Virus record (IMG/VR): IMGVR_UViG_3300046787_000390
Location: 1 to 64,000 of that record
Strand: one strand, 5' to 3'
Length of the DNA stretch: 64,000 nt
Source of the DNA: a virus
In this document: positions 18,307 through 27,177 of the stretch, one piece after another
Layout: each line of letters begins with the position of its first letter
Numbering within the stretch: the first letter of the stretch is position 1
The notes under the pieces: model-generated
What the model was told of the DNA's origin: nothing
Seen by the model: the letters and a program-made list of their open reading frames with translations, nothing else
Databases searched by the model: none
Program-made: the position numbers and the translations under genes

Positions 18307-19334
18307 CTGCGAAGATTGTTAAGATTACTCCTACAGAGGACTTGTTCTCTATTACTTGGAGCATGCACAAAAGATGCAACAACGACTGCATGTACTGCGG
18401 CGACTTCTTGCACGACAACACTTCCCCAGTTAGACCACTTGCTGAATTGCAAGAACATTGGTTGCAGGTATTTGAGAAAACAAAGCATCTTGGACTCAAA
18501 TACAAGATCTCAATCACAGGCGGTGAAGCGGTAATCAACAAGGACTTTAGACCGTTTGTTGACTGGCTTACTGACAACTACAGCAGCAATATTCAAGTTA
18601 TCGGGCTAACTAGCAACGGAACTTCTAGTAAAAACTACTATCTAGGTCTACTCGAAAAAGTAACATTTTTAACATTGAGTACCCATACTGAAACAATGGA
18701 TGTAGAAAGATTTGTCGATACAGCTATTGCATGCAACACATATTCACAAAATACACCTGGTAAATTTTTCATGGTTAACATCATGGAAGAGTACTGGGCA
18801 CTCGACACAATTAAGCATCTTATTGATGTTTGCAAAGCCAACCAAATACGATATAGCATTAACAAGATCGATTACTACCGGTCTGGGTCAAAAGAGTATC
18901 CTGTGTTTGTAATTAACAAACAAAACGTTCCTCGCCCAGATTTGCAAAAGTCGCCAGAAGTAATAGAAGCAGCACATCGTGTGATTCAGGATTATGCTAA
19001 CTTGCACACAGTTCCTACTGATTACTATTACAACGTAGAAGTTGGGTACGACGATGATTCGTCTATTAATACGTATGCTACAAGACTCAAGTTTTTGGGT
19101 TTTAGCCAATTCAAGGGCTGGCAATGTTCAGCAGGCTATAAACGGATTTCTATTGCATCAGACACTTCGGTATACAGTGGCGAATGCAATAATCGATTGT
19201 TGGGTAAACTTTCAGATAACAGTTTTCAACTTTTACAGGCACCGGATATATGTTTACAGCGTACATGTACCGGCAACCCAGACGATCTAATGATAAACAA
19301 ACAAATTTTAGGTGACGACCCCCGGCAATCATAA
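18303..19334 (+). CDS. Radical SAM protein with Cys-rich C-terminus
   Basis: CNNDCMYC, ITGGEA, TSNG; C-terminal CSAG...C...C....C; ATGA overlap with the previous gene gives start 18303. Confidence 0.85.
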   Translation: MTAKIVKITPTEDLFSITWSMHKRCNNDCMYCGDFLHDNTSPVRPLAELQEHWLQVFEKTKHLGLKYKISITGGEAVINKDFRPFVDWLTDNYSSNIQVIGLTSNGTSSKNYYLGLLEKVTFLTLSTHTETMDVERFVDTAIACNTYSQNTPGKFFMVNIMEEYWALDTIKHLIDVCKANQIRYSINKIDYYRSGSKEYPVFVINKQNVPRPDLQKSPEVIEAAHRVIQDYANLHTVPTDYYYNVEVGYDDDSSINTYATRLKFLGFSQFKGWQCSAGYKRISIASDTSVYSGECNNRLLGKLSDNSFQLLQAPDICLQRTCTGNPDDLMINKQILGDDPRQS

Positions 19335-19343
19335 TTACTGTTA

Positions 19344-19775
19344 ATGTCGTGGCAATATCAAAATCAACTCGTAGAAACTTTACCAGAAGACTGTGTTGGC
19401 TTTGTATATCTAATCACTAACATTACTACTCAACGCAAATACATAGGCAAAAAACTAGCAAAATTTAAGAAAACAACTTACAAAACAGTTAAACTTAAAA
19501 ACGGCACAAAGAAAAAAAAGAAAATTAGAGGAAGCATTGATTCTGACTGGCGAGAGTATTACGGTTCTAGCCCAGAATTAACCAAAGATGTACTAGCATT
19601 AGGCACAGCAAACTTTACTCGTGAAATATTGTTTTACTGCAAATCAAAAGCAGAATGCAGTTATATCGAGGCTAGAGAACAGTTTGCAAGGCGTGTGCTA
19701 GAATCAGCAGATTATTACAACGGGCATATTCAAGTACGTGTACACGGAAGTCACGTAATAGGTAAAATTAAATGA
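19344..19775 (+). CDS. Short GIY-YIG nuclease-family protein
   Basis: GFVYLITN...KYIGKK, YYGSS, conserved E and YYN; no C-terminal DNA-binding domain. Confidence 0.75.
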   Translation: MSWQYQNQLVETLPEDCVGFVYLITNITTQRKYIGKKLAKFKKTTYKTVKLKNGTKKKKKIRGSIDSDWREYYGSSPELTKDVLALGTANFTREILFYCKSKAECSYIEAREQFARRVLESADYYNGHIQVRVHGSHVIGKIK

Positions 19776-20560
19776 CAGTATCTCTATTCGTAGGATGTTC
19801 TTTTACTTCAGGTAAAGGGTTTGATCTTGAAAAAGACGAGCCAGGCCTATGGGTAAATCAAGTACATTCAACTAACAAAGATCTACAAAAAACCGAACTT
19901 GTTAATCACGGCGTCTCCGGAGCTTCAAATTCAGAAATTTTCTACAATGCAGTTAGCGGGTTAGTTAACTTCACTCCTAAGTATATGTTTGTTCAGTGGA
20001 CTCGAAGCCCACGATACAGAGTACAATTAGGTGTTGAATCTTATGTTGCTAGTCAGTACTTTGGTATGGACGGCGAAGTATTTGACCACAACTTGCACAG
20101 TATAAATTACACCGCTGGGTATCTCGAAGATGTAAGAAATAGATTTCTATCGTTACATCATCCGCAAGGCGGAATAGTAGAGATAATTAAGTACACAAAC
20201 ACTCTTATAAATCTTTCAAAAACTACAAACACTAAAGTATTTTTTATCAACGGACTATGTCCGTGGGATGATCAATTTTTTAATAAAATTAACGGCAACA
20301 CTCCAAGCGATTACACCAAATACACACAGTATCTACTAGATTCAGACACTAGAAGCGACCAAGAAGTTTTTACACTTTACAATAAAATACATAACGAATA
20401 CTCACAAGCTGGCAGCATACAAGAGCAGTACTGGATTAATTTATATAATTCTTTCACTGACAACAAAATCGACGTTAACAACGATAATACACACCCAGGC
20501 ATCAAATCCAATCAGCTGTATTTTGACATCGTCAACCAATTCTTAACAAACACAATTTAA
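19772..20560 (+). CDS. SGNH/GDSL-like hydrolase-fold protein
   Basis: GCSFT (block I), GVSGASN (block II), DNTHP (DxxH). Confidence 0.65.
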   Translation: MTVSLFVGCSFTSGKGFDLEKDEPGLWVNQVHSTNKDLQKTELVNHGVSGASNSEIFYNAVSGLVNFTPKYMFVQWTRSPRYRVQLGVESYVASQYFGMDGEVFDHNLHSINYTAGYLEDVRNRFLSLHHPQGGIVEIIKYTNTLINLSKTTNTKVFFINGLCPWDDQFFNKINGNTPSDYTKYTQYLLDSDTRSDQEVFTLYNKIHNEYSQAGSIQEQYWINLYNSFTDNKIDVNNDNTHPGIKSNQLYFDIVNQFLTNTI

Positions 20561-21030
20561 GCAGTTACGACTCGCACAGGTCAATATCATGTGCCTAGAG
20601 ACAACTCGATAAAAAGAGGGACGGAAGCCTCGCCGCGCTAGCGAGCACTCAATCACTATCCTTAACAGGACGACGATCGCTTAACACCTGCGGTTTGATT
20701 GTTTGAACAGAATTTTAAAAGGGAAAAAGACGTAGCAGTGATGCTACACGATCAGTATATGTGTTAGCGTATGTATATTGACCCGCCGTTGTTATAAAGA
20801 CGCAACTCGAGGTACCGGACAACCGCCTCTGTAATGTTGTAACGCTATGTGGCTGTATGAACTCAGATGAAGTTCCAGTTTTTATCTTTGCCCTGTGCGG
20901 GCAAAGTGTGACCATTGAATCTAGATGAAGCATTAAATCGCTTCGCTCTTGCTTCTTTACTACTTCTTAAAAAAACTGTTGTTGAGCGATAGCGATAACA
21001 ACAGATGTCTGTAAGACATCTTCCAGTGTG
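20561..21030 (+). ncRNA. Candidate large structured non-coding RNA (strand inferred)
   Basis: ~470 nt without a credible ORF; at least 10 hairpins, a multibranch junction and a long-range closing stem; G-U pairs and a GNRA loop favour the + strand. Confidence 0.5.
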
Positions 21031-21037
21031 TTACTAG

Positions 21038-21274
21038 TTAGAAGAAGGGTAATCCTGACTTCTTAGTTGTTTCCATGTTGTCTTTGATGATAGAACTAAT
21101 AATTTTTCTTTCCTCTTGACTTAGGTTGAGTGCGTGGTCGTAGGTAATGCCTCCTCGCATAAACCATGACATTTTCAAAGCCTCCTGTCTTATCGCGTTA
21201 CAATCGGATTCCATTTGGTCAACGATTTGCGAAATTGTGTCTGAGTCGGATGTCAGGAGGCGGGAGCGAAAAAA
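21038..21274 (-). CDS. Small baseplate/tail assembly protein; possibly the -1 frameshift extension of the upstream gene
   Basis: ORF ...FFRSRLLTSDSDTISQIVDQMESDCNAIRQEALKMSWFMRGG...GLPFF overlaps the end of the upstream gene at a T TTT TTC heptamer. Confidence 0.6.
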   Translation of the reverse strand, partial: FFRSRLLTSDSDTISQIVDQMESDCNAIRQEALKMSWFMRGGITYDHALNLSQEERKIISSIIKDNMETTKKSGLPFF

Positions 21275-22092
21275 TTGGACATGTCTAATGTAAGCATCTG
21301 TTGGTACTCTTTGGTACATTCGTGACAGGTCATGTTCATTGGTTGTATTTCAGCTTTTGATTTTTCAGAAACAATGTGATCCTTGATTTGATTAAACAAC
21401 GCACGATCGGCATTTTTAAGAAAGTCAACAAGGTACATCGGGTCATTGACTAAGGCATTTGGTGTTTTAATCGCTGCAATACTTTGTGCTAATGCCTCTA
21501 CAGTAACTTCAGTGATCTGCTTTAGTGCTTGAGTAAGCGCATTGATTTTTACATCTTCGTTGCCTTCGGTTAGATCTAAACTTTGCAGCTTGCGTTGTTC
21601 TGCAAACTGCTTTTGATTGTTATCGTTGAGATTCTGATAAGACATTGGCTTGAAGTAAATTTCCATGTCTCTAAATTTGATAATTTTATTGTAGTCTGGA
21701 CTTTTAATAGTGTCAAGGACTGTGCGCAAATCAATGCCATAGGTGGCTTCATTGCCGCAATGCGGGCATCGACTTTCTAGTTCCATTTTATGTCCGTAGC
21801 TGGCGATACGAATACTAACCAAGATGGTATCAACGTCTGTTGCTGGTATTGCCCAGGGATTTCTAATTCCCGGAATACAGCTTTGAATTACACTCGTAGT
21901 AGCACTGCCGTTAAACAGAGCATCTGGTGTGCGATATGTAATCTCGTCAATTGCTGTCATTGGGTATACAGGAACTTCGCCAGTGGGCGGCATATCAAGC
22001 GAACCCTCGGGATAGAACTCACCGCCGCTGGGCAGTTTGATGTGAATAGCAGGTTGTCTAAAATACTGCTGTAGTGGGTTGTTATGGATCAT
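21253..22092 (-). CDS. gp26: Baseplate hub assembly protein, gp26-like / tail assembly chaperone
   Basis: NPLQQYFRQP..LPSGG.FY, MTAIDEI, two CxxC pairs; GAGG RBS before ATG 22092. Confidence 0.65.
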   Translation of the reverse strand: MIHNNPLQQYFRQPAIHIKLPSGGEFYPEGSLDMPPTGEVPVYPMTAIDEITYRTPDALFNGSATTSVIQSCIPGIRNPWAIPATDVDTILVSIRIASYGHKMELESRCPHCGNEATYGIDLRTVLDTIKSPDYNKIIKFRDMEIYFKPMSYQNLNDNNQKQFAEQRKLQSLDLTEGNEDVKINALTQALKQITEVTVEALAQSIAAIKTPNALVNDPMYLVDFLKNADRALFNQIKDHIVSEKSKAEIQPMNMTCHECTKEYQQMLTLDMSNFFAPAS

Positions 22093-22116
22093 TTTTTTAC
22101 CTCGGTAAATATAATT

Positions 22117-24228
22117 ATGGCTAACCAATACACCCCCGACGAAATCCAGGCAATCTTTGATCGCTATCACGAAGCAATTAACAAGGGCATACCTGTTACT
22201 AAGGAGCTGGCTGAAGAGCTAGCGGATGCAAAAAAGGGTATTAAAAACTACACTTTTACCCTGAATCAAAGTCTCAAGCAGCTGGGACAAACTACTAAGC
22301 AAACAATTGGGAATATTGCAAACGGAGCCAAGGGCGTTTCTGTATTCAATGACAATCTAAGTGCTGCTGCTGACACTGCATCTGTGGTGGCTGCTAGTTT
22401 TGGTCCTCTAGGCGTAGCAGTTGGGTTAGTTGTAAAAGCTCTAACATTCTTTGCTACTACAGCTAACAAACAAAGTGACAAGTTATTCGAAACCTTTCAA
22501 AATCTAAGTAGATCAGGTTCAGTTGGCGCACAAGGCATGACTGATGTATTCCAGAGCATGAAACGCTTTGGATATACAATTGATGAACTGGACAAAATGA
22601 CCACTGTGCTTGCAGAAAACAGCCGTGATTTTGCAATGTTCAGCGGCACTGCTGCTACAGGTGGCAAGCAATTAAGTCAGTTAGTTGACGGGTTTAAAGA
22701 TGCAAGAGTTAACTTGCAAGCCCTAGGTGTAAGCACTGATGAACAAGTTCGTGGTGCCGCCGGATACTACAAACAACTGGGACGTCTTGGCCGCGCAACT
22801 GAAGCTACTTCATCAGGTGCTCTTGCTTACATTAAAGAAATGGAGACAATGACTAGGCTAACTGGTCTCCAACGAGCTGACTTAGAAGCACAACGTGAAC
22901 AAGCAGAAGCAATTGATGCATTCCAGGCAGCACTAGCAGATGCTGGACCTGCTGCTGCTAAAAACATGGATGAAACATTTAAACGTTTGGCGGCAATCGA
23001 TCCAGAAATTGCACAAGGTTATGCAGAATCTGTAAACGGTATTATTACTGGTAGTGAAGCGCAGATGAAGTATTTGCGTTCTACCAACTTTGAAGGGCTA
23101 GAACTAGCACAACGAACAACATATGACTTGTCAATGACAGCATCCAAGGTTGGCGACTCACTGGCTGATTTGTATAAAGGCAATCAGCAATTACAAAGAG
23201 ACTTTGCTAGAGTCGGAGTTGATTATTTTGGTAAAGGTCGTTCACACACAATCTTAGCAAACAAAGAATTCTCTAAAGCAACTGGTAAAGCAACTGAAGA
23301 AGTAGAAGGCCTGTATGCAGGACTTGATGCAGCAACTAAAGCCCAGGCTGAAGCTAGAGTTTCGCAGATTGATGCGTCAAACAATATGCAGAGCTTTGTA
23401 AACATTGGAGTAGCGCCTGCAACTCGAGCACTGGCATATCTAACTGAAGTTGTTGAAAACTTAACTAGTATTCTACCTGGTGGCAGAAGCAAAGGATACG
23501 GGCAATCTGGAACAGGAACTCAAGGCGGCAGTCTTGCAGCCACAGGTGCAGGCGTAGCAGCCGGTGCCGCAGCCGGTAGTTTTCTTGGGCCATTGGGAAC
23601 AGTTGCAGGTGGCGCAATTGGTGGCCTGGCAGGATTTGCTGGATATCAAATGCACGGCGGAGCAGGCGGTACTACAGCAGGCTTGAGAATAAAAAGTCCC
23701 GAAGCAACTGCTGGTGGAGAAGCAAACGCAAATCTTTATGCGTTAGCACAACGAATTCAAAATCAACTCGGCGGAGATCTACACCATTTTAGTGCGTTTA
23801 ATGACAGTTATCATCAAGGAACCAACAGCGCACATACCCGAGGTACCGCACTTGATTTTACATTAACTGATCCTAGTAAGGCTGCACAAATTGCCGGAGT
23901 CCTCCGTGGCATGCCTGGCGTAGCAAAAGTTCTAGACGAGTATACTAATCCTAGCAGTAGAGCAACTGCCGGGCACATCCATGCTGAAATTAACGGATTT
24001 GCTGGATTCAGAGGATCTTTATCTGGGCCAATGAGTGGATACAGTCCTAACGTTTTAATGCATGGCAACGAAGAATTGTCTATTAGACCAGCTGGTGGTT
24101 CGTCAAATTCAAATTCGGGTGCAAGTGAAGGCACTATGATGAAGCTGATTGAACGAGTGGATGACTTGATTTATTTGAACAAGAGCCAACTCAGCACAGC
24201 CGAGAAAATGTTAAAGTATCAACAGTAA
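22117..24228 (+). CDS. Tape-measure-like tail protein with C-terminal peptidase M15/LAS-like domain
   Basis: Helical Ala-rich body, Gly-rich hydrophobic segments, SAHTRGTALDF...GHIHAE zinc-peptidase motif; start ATG 22117 after TAAATA. Confidence 0.6.
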   Translation: MANQYTPDEIQAIFDRYHEAINKGIPVTKELAEELADAKKGIKNYTFTLNQSLKQLGQTTKQTIGNIANGAKGVSVFNDNLSAAADTASVVAASFGPLGVAVGLVVKALTFFATTANKQSDKLFETFQNLSRSGSVGAQGMTDVFQSMKRFGYTIDELDKMTTVLAENSRDFAMFSGTAATGGKQLSQLVDGFKDARVNLQALGVSTDEQVRGAAGYYKQLGRLGRATEATSSGALAYIKEMETMTRLTGLQRADLEAQREQAEAIDAFQAALADAGPAAAKNMDETFKRLAAIDPEIAQGYAESVNGIITGSEAQMKYLRSTNFEGLELAQRTTYDLSMTASKVGDSLADLYKGNQQLQRDFARVGVDYFGKGRSHTILANKEFSKATGKATEEVEGLYAGLDAATKAQAEARVSQIDASNNMQSFVNIGVAPATRALAYLTEVVENLTSILPGGRSKGYGQSGTGTQGGSLAATGAGVAAGAAAGSFLGPLGTVAGGAIGGLAGFAGYQMHGGAGGTTAGLRIKSPEATAGGEANANLYALAQRIQNQLGGDLHHFSAFNDSYHQGTNSAHTRGTALDFTLTDPSKAAQIAGVLRGMPGVAKVLDEYTNPSSRATAGHIHAEINGFAGFRGSLSGPMSGYSPNVLMHGNEELSIRPAGGSSNSNSGASEGTMMKLIERVDDLIYLNKSQLSTAEKMLKYQQ

Positions 24229-24247
24229 CCGACGGTAAATACTATCT

Positions 24248-26032
24248 ATGACATGGCGTAAATATTTCAAAGTTGCAAACCCTAACGGGGACATGAGTCC
24301 GATATCGGGCACGAACCAATTTGGTTTGCCTGGCTACGGCAAAACTGGTAATGCAGGTGGTGCAAACGGCGGGCTTTATACAGCCAACGACTTTGCATAT
24401 CGCAACTATGCCAGCAGACTACCAGAAGTTTATTCTGGACATCCGAACCGTGTTGAACGTTATAACCAATATGAAAATATGGATTGCGATTCAGAGATCA
24501 ATGCATGTTTAGATATTATTGCAGAGTTCTCCACTCAAACAAACCAAAACAACGACACACCGTTTGATATCAAGTTTACTGATACTCCAACTGATCACGA
24601 AGTTGAATTAATTAAAAAGCAACTCCAACAATGGACTAAGCTCAACAAGCTAGACCAGCGCATGTTCAAGTTGTTCCGTAATTCGATCAAGTACGGTGAC
24701 CAGATTTTTGTACGTGACCCAGAAACATTTGAAATGATGTGGGTCGATATGACCAAACTTAGTCGTATTATTGTTAACGAATCAGAAGGCAAGCGCCCAG
24801 AGCAATACGTTATCCGCGACCTGAATCCTAACTTTGAAAACATGACAGTAGCTGCTAAAACAGCACAGGACTTTGCAGTTAACCCTAGTGTCGGTGGCAG
24901 TATCACTAATCAAGGTAACTATACATCACCGTCAGGTGGCGGCGGTTTGTCTGGTAATAGCCGCTTTGCTAGAACAGTTAACGAAGCTACACTAGATGCA
25001 AAGCATGTGATTCACATCAGTTTATCAGAAGGCTTAGACGTATTTTGGCCTTTTGGTAAAAGCATTTTAGAGAACATTTTCAAGGTTTACAAGCAAAAAG
25101 AACTGCTAGAAGACGCTGTTCTTATCTATCGCGTGAGCCGAGCGCCAGAACGACGCATCTTTAAAATTGACGTTGGTAACATGCCATCACACATGGCCAT
25201 GGCGTTTGTTGAGCGTGTTAAAAACGAAATGCACCAACGTAGAATCCCTACTATGAGCGGTGGTGGACAAAACACAATGGATGCTACATATAATCCACTT
25301 AGCATCAACGAAGATTACTTCTTCCCACAAACAGCAGACGGTCGAGGCAGCTCAGTTGACACACTACAAGGTGGTCAAAACCTTGGCGAAATTGATGACT
25401 TGAAGTACTTCAATAACAAAATGGCCCGTGGTTTGCGTGTGCCTAGTTCATACTTGCCAACAGGCCCAGATGAAAGCTCACAAGCAGTTAACGATGGTAG
25501 AGTCGGGACAGCATTGATTCAAGAATACCGTTTTAACCAATATTGCGAACGTTTACAAAAGCTGGTTATTCAAAAGTTAGATGACGAATTCAAGATGTTC
25601 TTGCGCTGGAGAGGTTTTAACATTGATGCAGGATTGTTTAACCTAAGTTTCTGTGCTCCTCAGAACTTTGCAGCCTACCGTGAAATTGAATTAGACACAA
25701 GCCGTGTAAACACATTTACTGCACTTGAACAAGTTGCTTATTTGAGCAAGCGTTTTATGCTTAAACGCTACTTGGGCCTAAGCGAAGAAGAGATTGTAGA
25801 AAACGAAAAAATGTGGCGTGAAGAACGTGACCAACCTGAGTTGCAAACTACTCAAGGACAAGACTTACGTTCGATTGGCATTACCCCAGCTGGTCTTGAA
25901 ACTGATATATCAACAGGCGAAGACTTGTCGGGGCTTGCTCCAATGGGTGCAGAAGCTGGCGTAACAGGTGGCGCTCCTGGTGCTGCCCCTGCTCCTGGTG
26001 CTGCTCCTGTGGCACCTCCCCCTGCAGGATAA
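24248..26032 (+). CDS. gp20: Portal protein
   Basis: LEDAVLIYRVSRAPERRIFKIDVGNMP, EDYFFP, GGQNLGEIDDLKYF motifs. Confidence 0.95.
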   Translation: MTWRKYFKVANPNGDMSPISGTNQFGLPGYGKTGNAGGANGGLYTANDFAYRNYASRLPEVYSGHPNRVERYNQYENMDCDSEINACLDIIAEFSTQTNQNNDTPFDIKFTDTPTDHEVELIKKQLQQWTKLNKLDQRMFKLFRNSIKYGDQIFVRDPETFEMMWVDMTKLSRIIVNESEGKRPEQYVIRDLNPNFENMTVAAKTAQDFAVNPSVGGSITNQGNYTSPSGGGGLSGNSRFARTVNEATLDAKHVIHISLSEGLDVFWPFGKSILENIFKVYKQKELLEDAVLIYRVSRAPERRIFKIDVGNMPSHMAMAFVERVKNEMHQRRIPTMSGGGQNTMDATYNPLSINEDYFFPQTADGRGSSVDTLQGGQNLGEIDDLKYFNNKMARGLRVPSSYLPTGPDESSQAVNDGRVGTALIQEYRFNQYCERLQKLVIQKLDDEFKMFLRWRGFNIDAGLFNLSFCAPQNFAAYREIELDTSRVNTFTALEQVAYLSKRFMLKRYLGLSEEEIVENEKMWREERDQPELQTTQGQDLRSIGITPAGLETDISTGEDLSGLAPMGAEAGVTGGAPGAAPAPGAAPVAPPPAG

Positions 26033-26040
26033 ATAAAAGT

Positions 26041-26262
26041 ATGATCTTAAACGAACTTTACCAACGTCAACCTGAGGGATTGCAAGACCTGAGTCAAGAT
26101 AACTCACAGCCTCAGATTGGCGATTTGCGTAAAACTCATTTGACGTTGCGCCAGCTTCGTAAATTAAGAATGATGAACGACGTTAGAACTTACGAGTATA
26201 AAGAAAAACTTGCATTGATTCGAAAACAGTATGCACCGCCACCTGCACCACCAGGATTGTAA
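26041..26262 (+). CDS. Small head-assembly region protein
   Basis: 73-aa ORF after the portal, with its own TAAATA motif. Confidence 0.6.
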   Translation: MILNELYQRQPEGLQDLSQDNSQPQIGDLRKTHLTLRQLRKLRMMNDVRTYEYKEKLALIRKQYAPPPAPPGL

Positions 26263-26271
26263 AAAATTTAA

Positions 26272-26298
26272 AGAAACTGCCTTTTTAGGCAGTTTTCT
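26272..26298 (+). terminator. Possible intrinsic terminator/hairpin
   Basis: AAACTGCC-TTTTTA-GGCAGTTT(T) inverted repeat. Confidence 0.45.
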
Positions 26299-26367
26299 GC
26301 ATGTAAACACCCAATATTTTAAATTATATGTAAATAAAATTACGAGCCATACTTTACGGAGGATATT

Positions 26368-27168
26368 ATGACATCGAAATTTGAACAGTTGATCGAATAT
26401 GTGATCAATGATGAAGAGGCGAAAGCCAAAGAACTTTTCCACGACATCGTGGTTGAAAAGTCACGTGAAATCTACGAAAACCTCATGCAAGAGGAAGCAG
26501 ATGATATCGAAGAATCTGCAGACGAAGACTTAGACGAAGGTCTTGAAAACGTTGATGAATTTGGTGGCGATGCTGCACAAGAATTCATGGACGAAGTTGA
26601 AGTTGAAGAAGAAGGCATGATGGAAGGCGACGACGAAATTGAAATCGACGGCGAAATCACAGGCGACGACATGGGCGATGCCGGCGAAGCTGACGAAGGC
26701 AATCTTGAAGACCGCGTTGTTGACTTAGAAGACAAGCTAGACGAACTCATGGCCGAATTCGAAGACCTAATGGGCAGCGAAGGCAACAGCGACATGGGCG
26801 TTGATGGTGGTGACGAACTAGAAATGGACGACACTGAAGAATTCAGCGACGAAGAAGGTGAAGAAGAATTTGAACTTGCTGAAGGTATTGACCTTAAAGC
26901 AGCTCCAAAGCCAACAACTTCTGAAGAAGGTTCTGTAAACAAGAAGTCTACTGTAAAAGCTAACTCAGGCGCAGCCGGTGCAATGGCTCAACCAGTTAGA
27001 GCTACAGGTACAGAAGCTAAAGGCCGTCCAGCTCCATCTGTTGGTAACTTGTCTGGTGCAACACCAACACAAGATGCAGGCAGCAAAGCATTTAAAACCG
27101 CAGCACCTAAACCAGTTACTACACAAGCAGCTGGTGTAAATGCTCGCACACCTTTCCCTAAAGGTTAA
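26368..27168 (+). CDS. Acidic prohead core/scaffold-like protein
   Basis: Very Asp/Glu-rich; between portal and prohead protease (gp67/68 position). Confidence 0.6.
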   Translation: MTSKFEQLIEYVINDEEAKAKELFHDIVVEKSREIYENLMQEEADDIEESADEDLDEGLENVDEFGGDAAQEFMDEVEVEEEGMMEGDDEIEIDGEITGDDMGDAGEADEGNLEDRVVDLEDKLDELMAEFEDLMGSEGNSDMGVDGGDELEMDDTEEFSDEEGEEEFELAEGIDLKAAPKPTTSEEGSVNKKSTVKANSGAAGAMAQPVRATGTEAKGRPAPSVGNLSGATPTQDAGSKAFKTAAPKPVTTQAAGVNARTPFPKG

Positions 27169-27177
27169 ACGTAAGAT

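Noticed and set aside
20715-20933. 72-aa minus-strand ORF in the structured gap
   Set aside because: No RBS or promoter and atypical composition; better explained as non-coding sequence.
20561-21030. tmRNA, RNase P RNA, or group I/II intron
   Set aside because: No tRNA-like ends, GAGGAAAGUCC core or domain V motif recognised, and no interrupted flanking gene.
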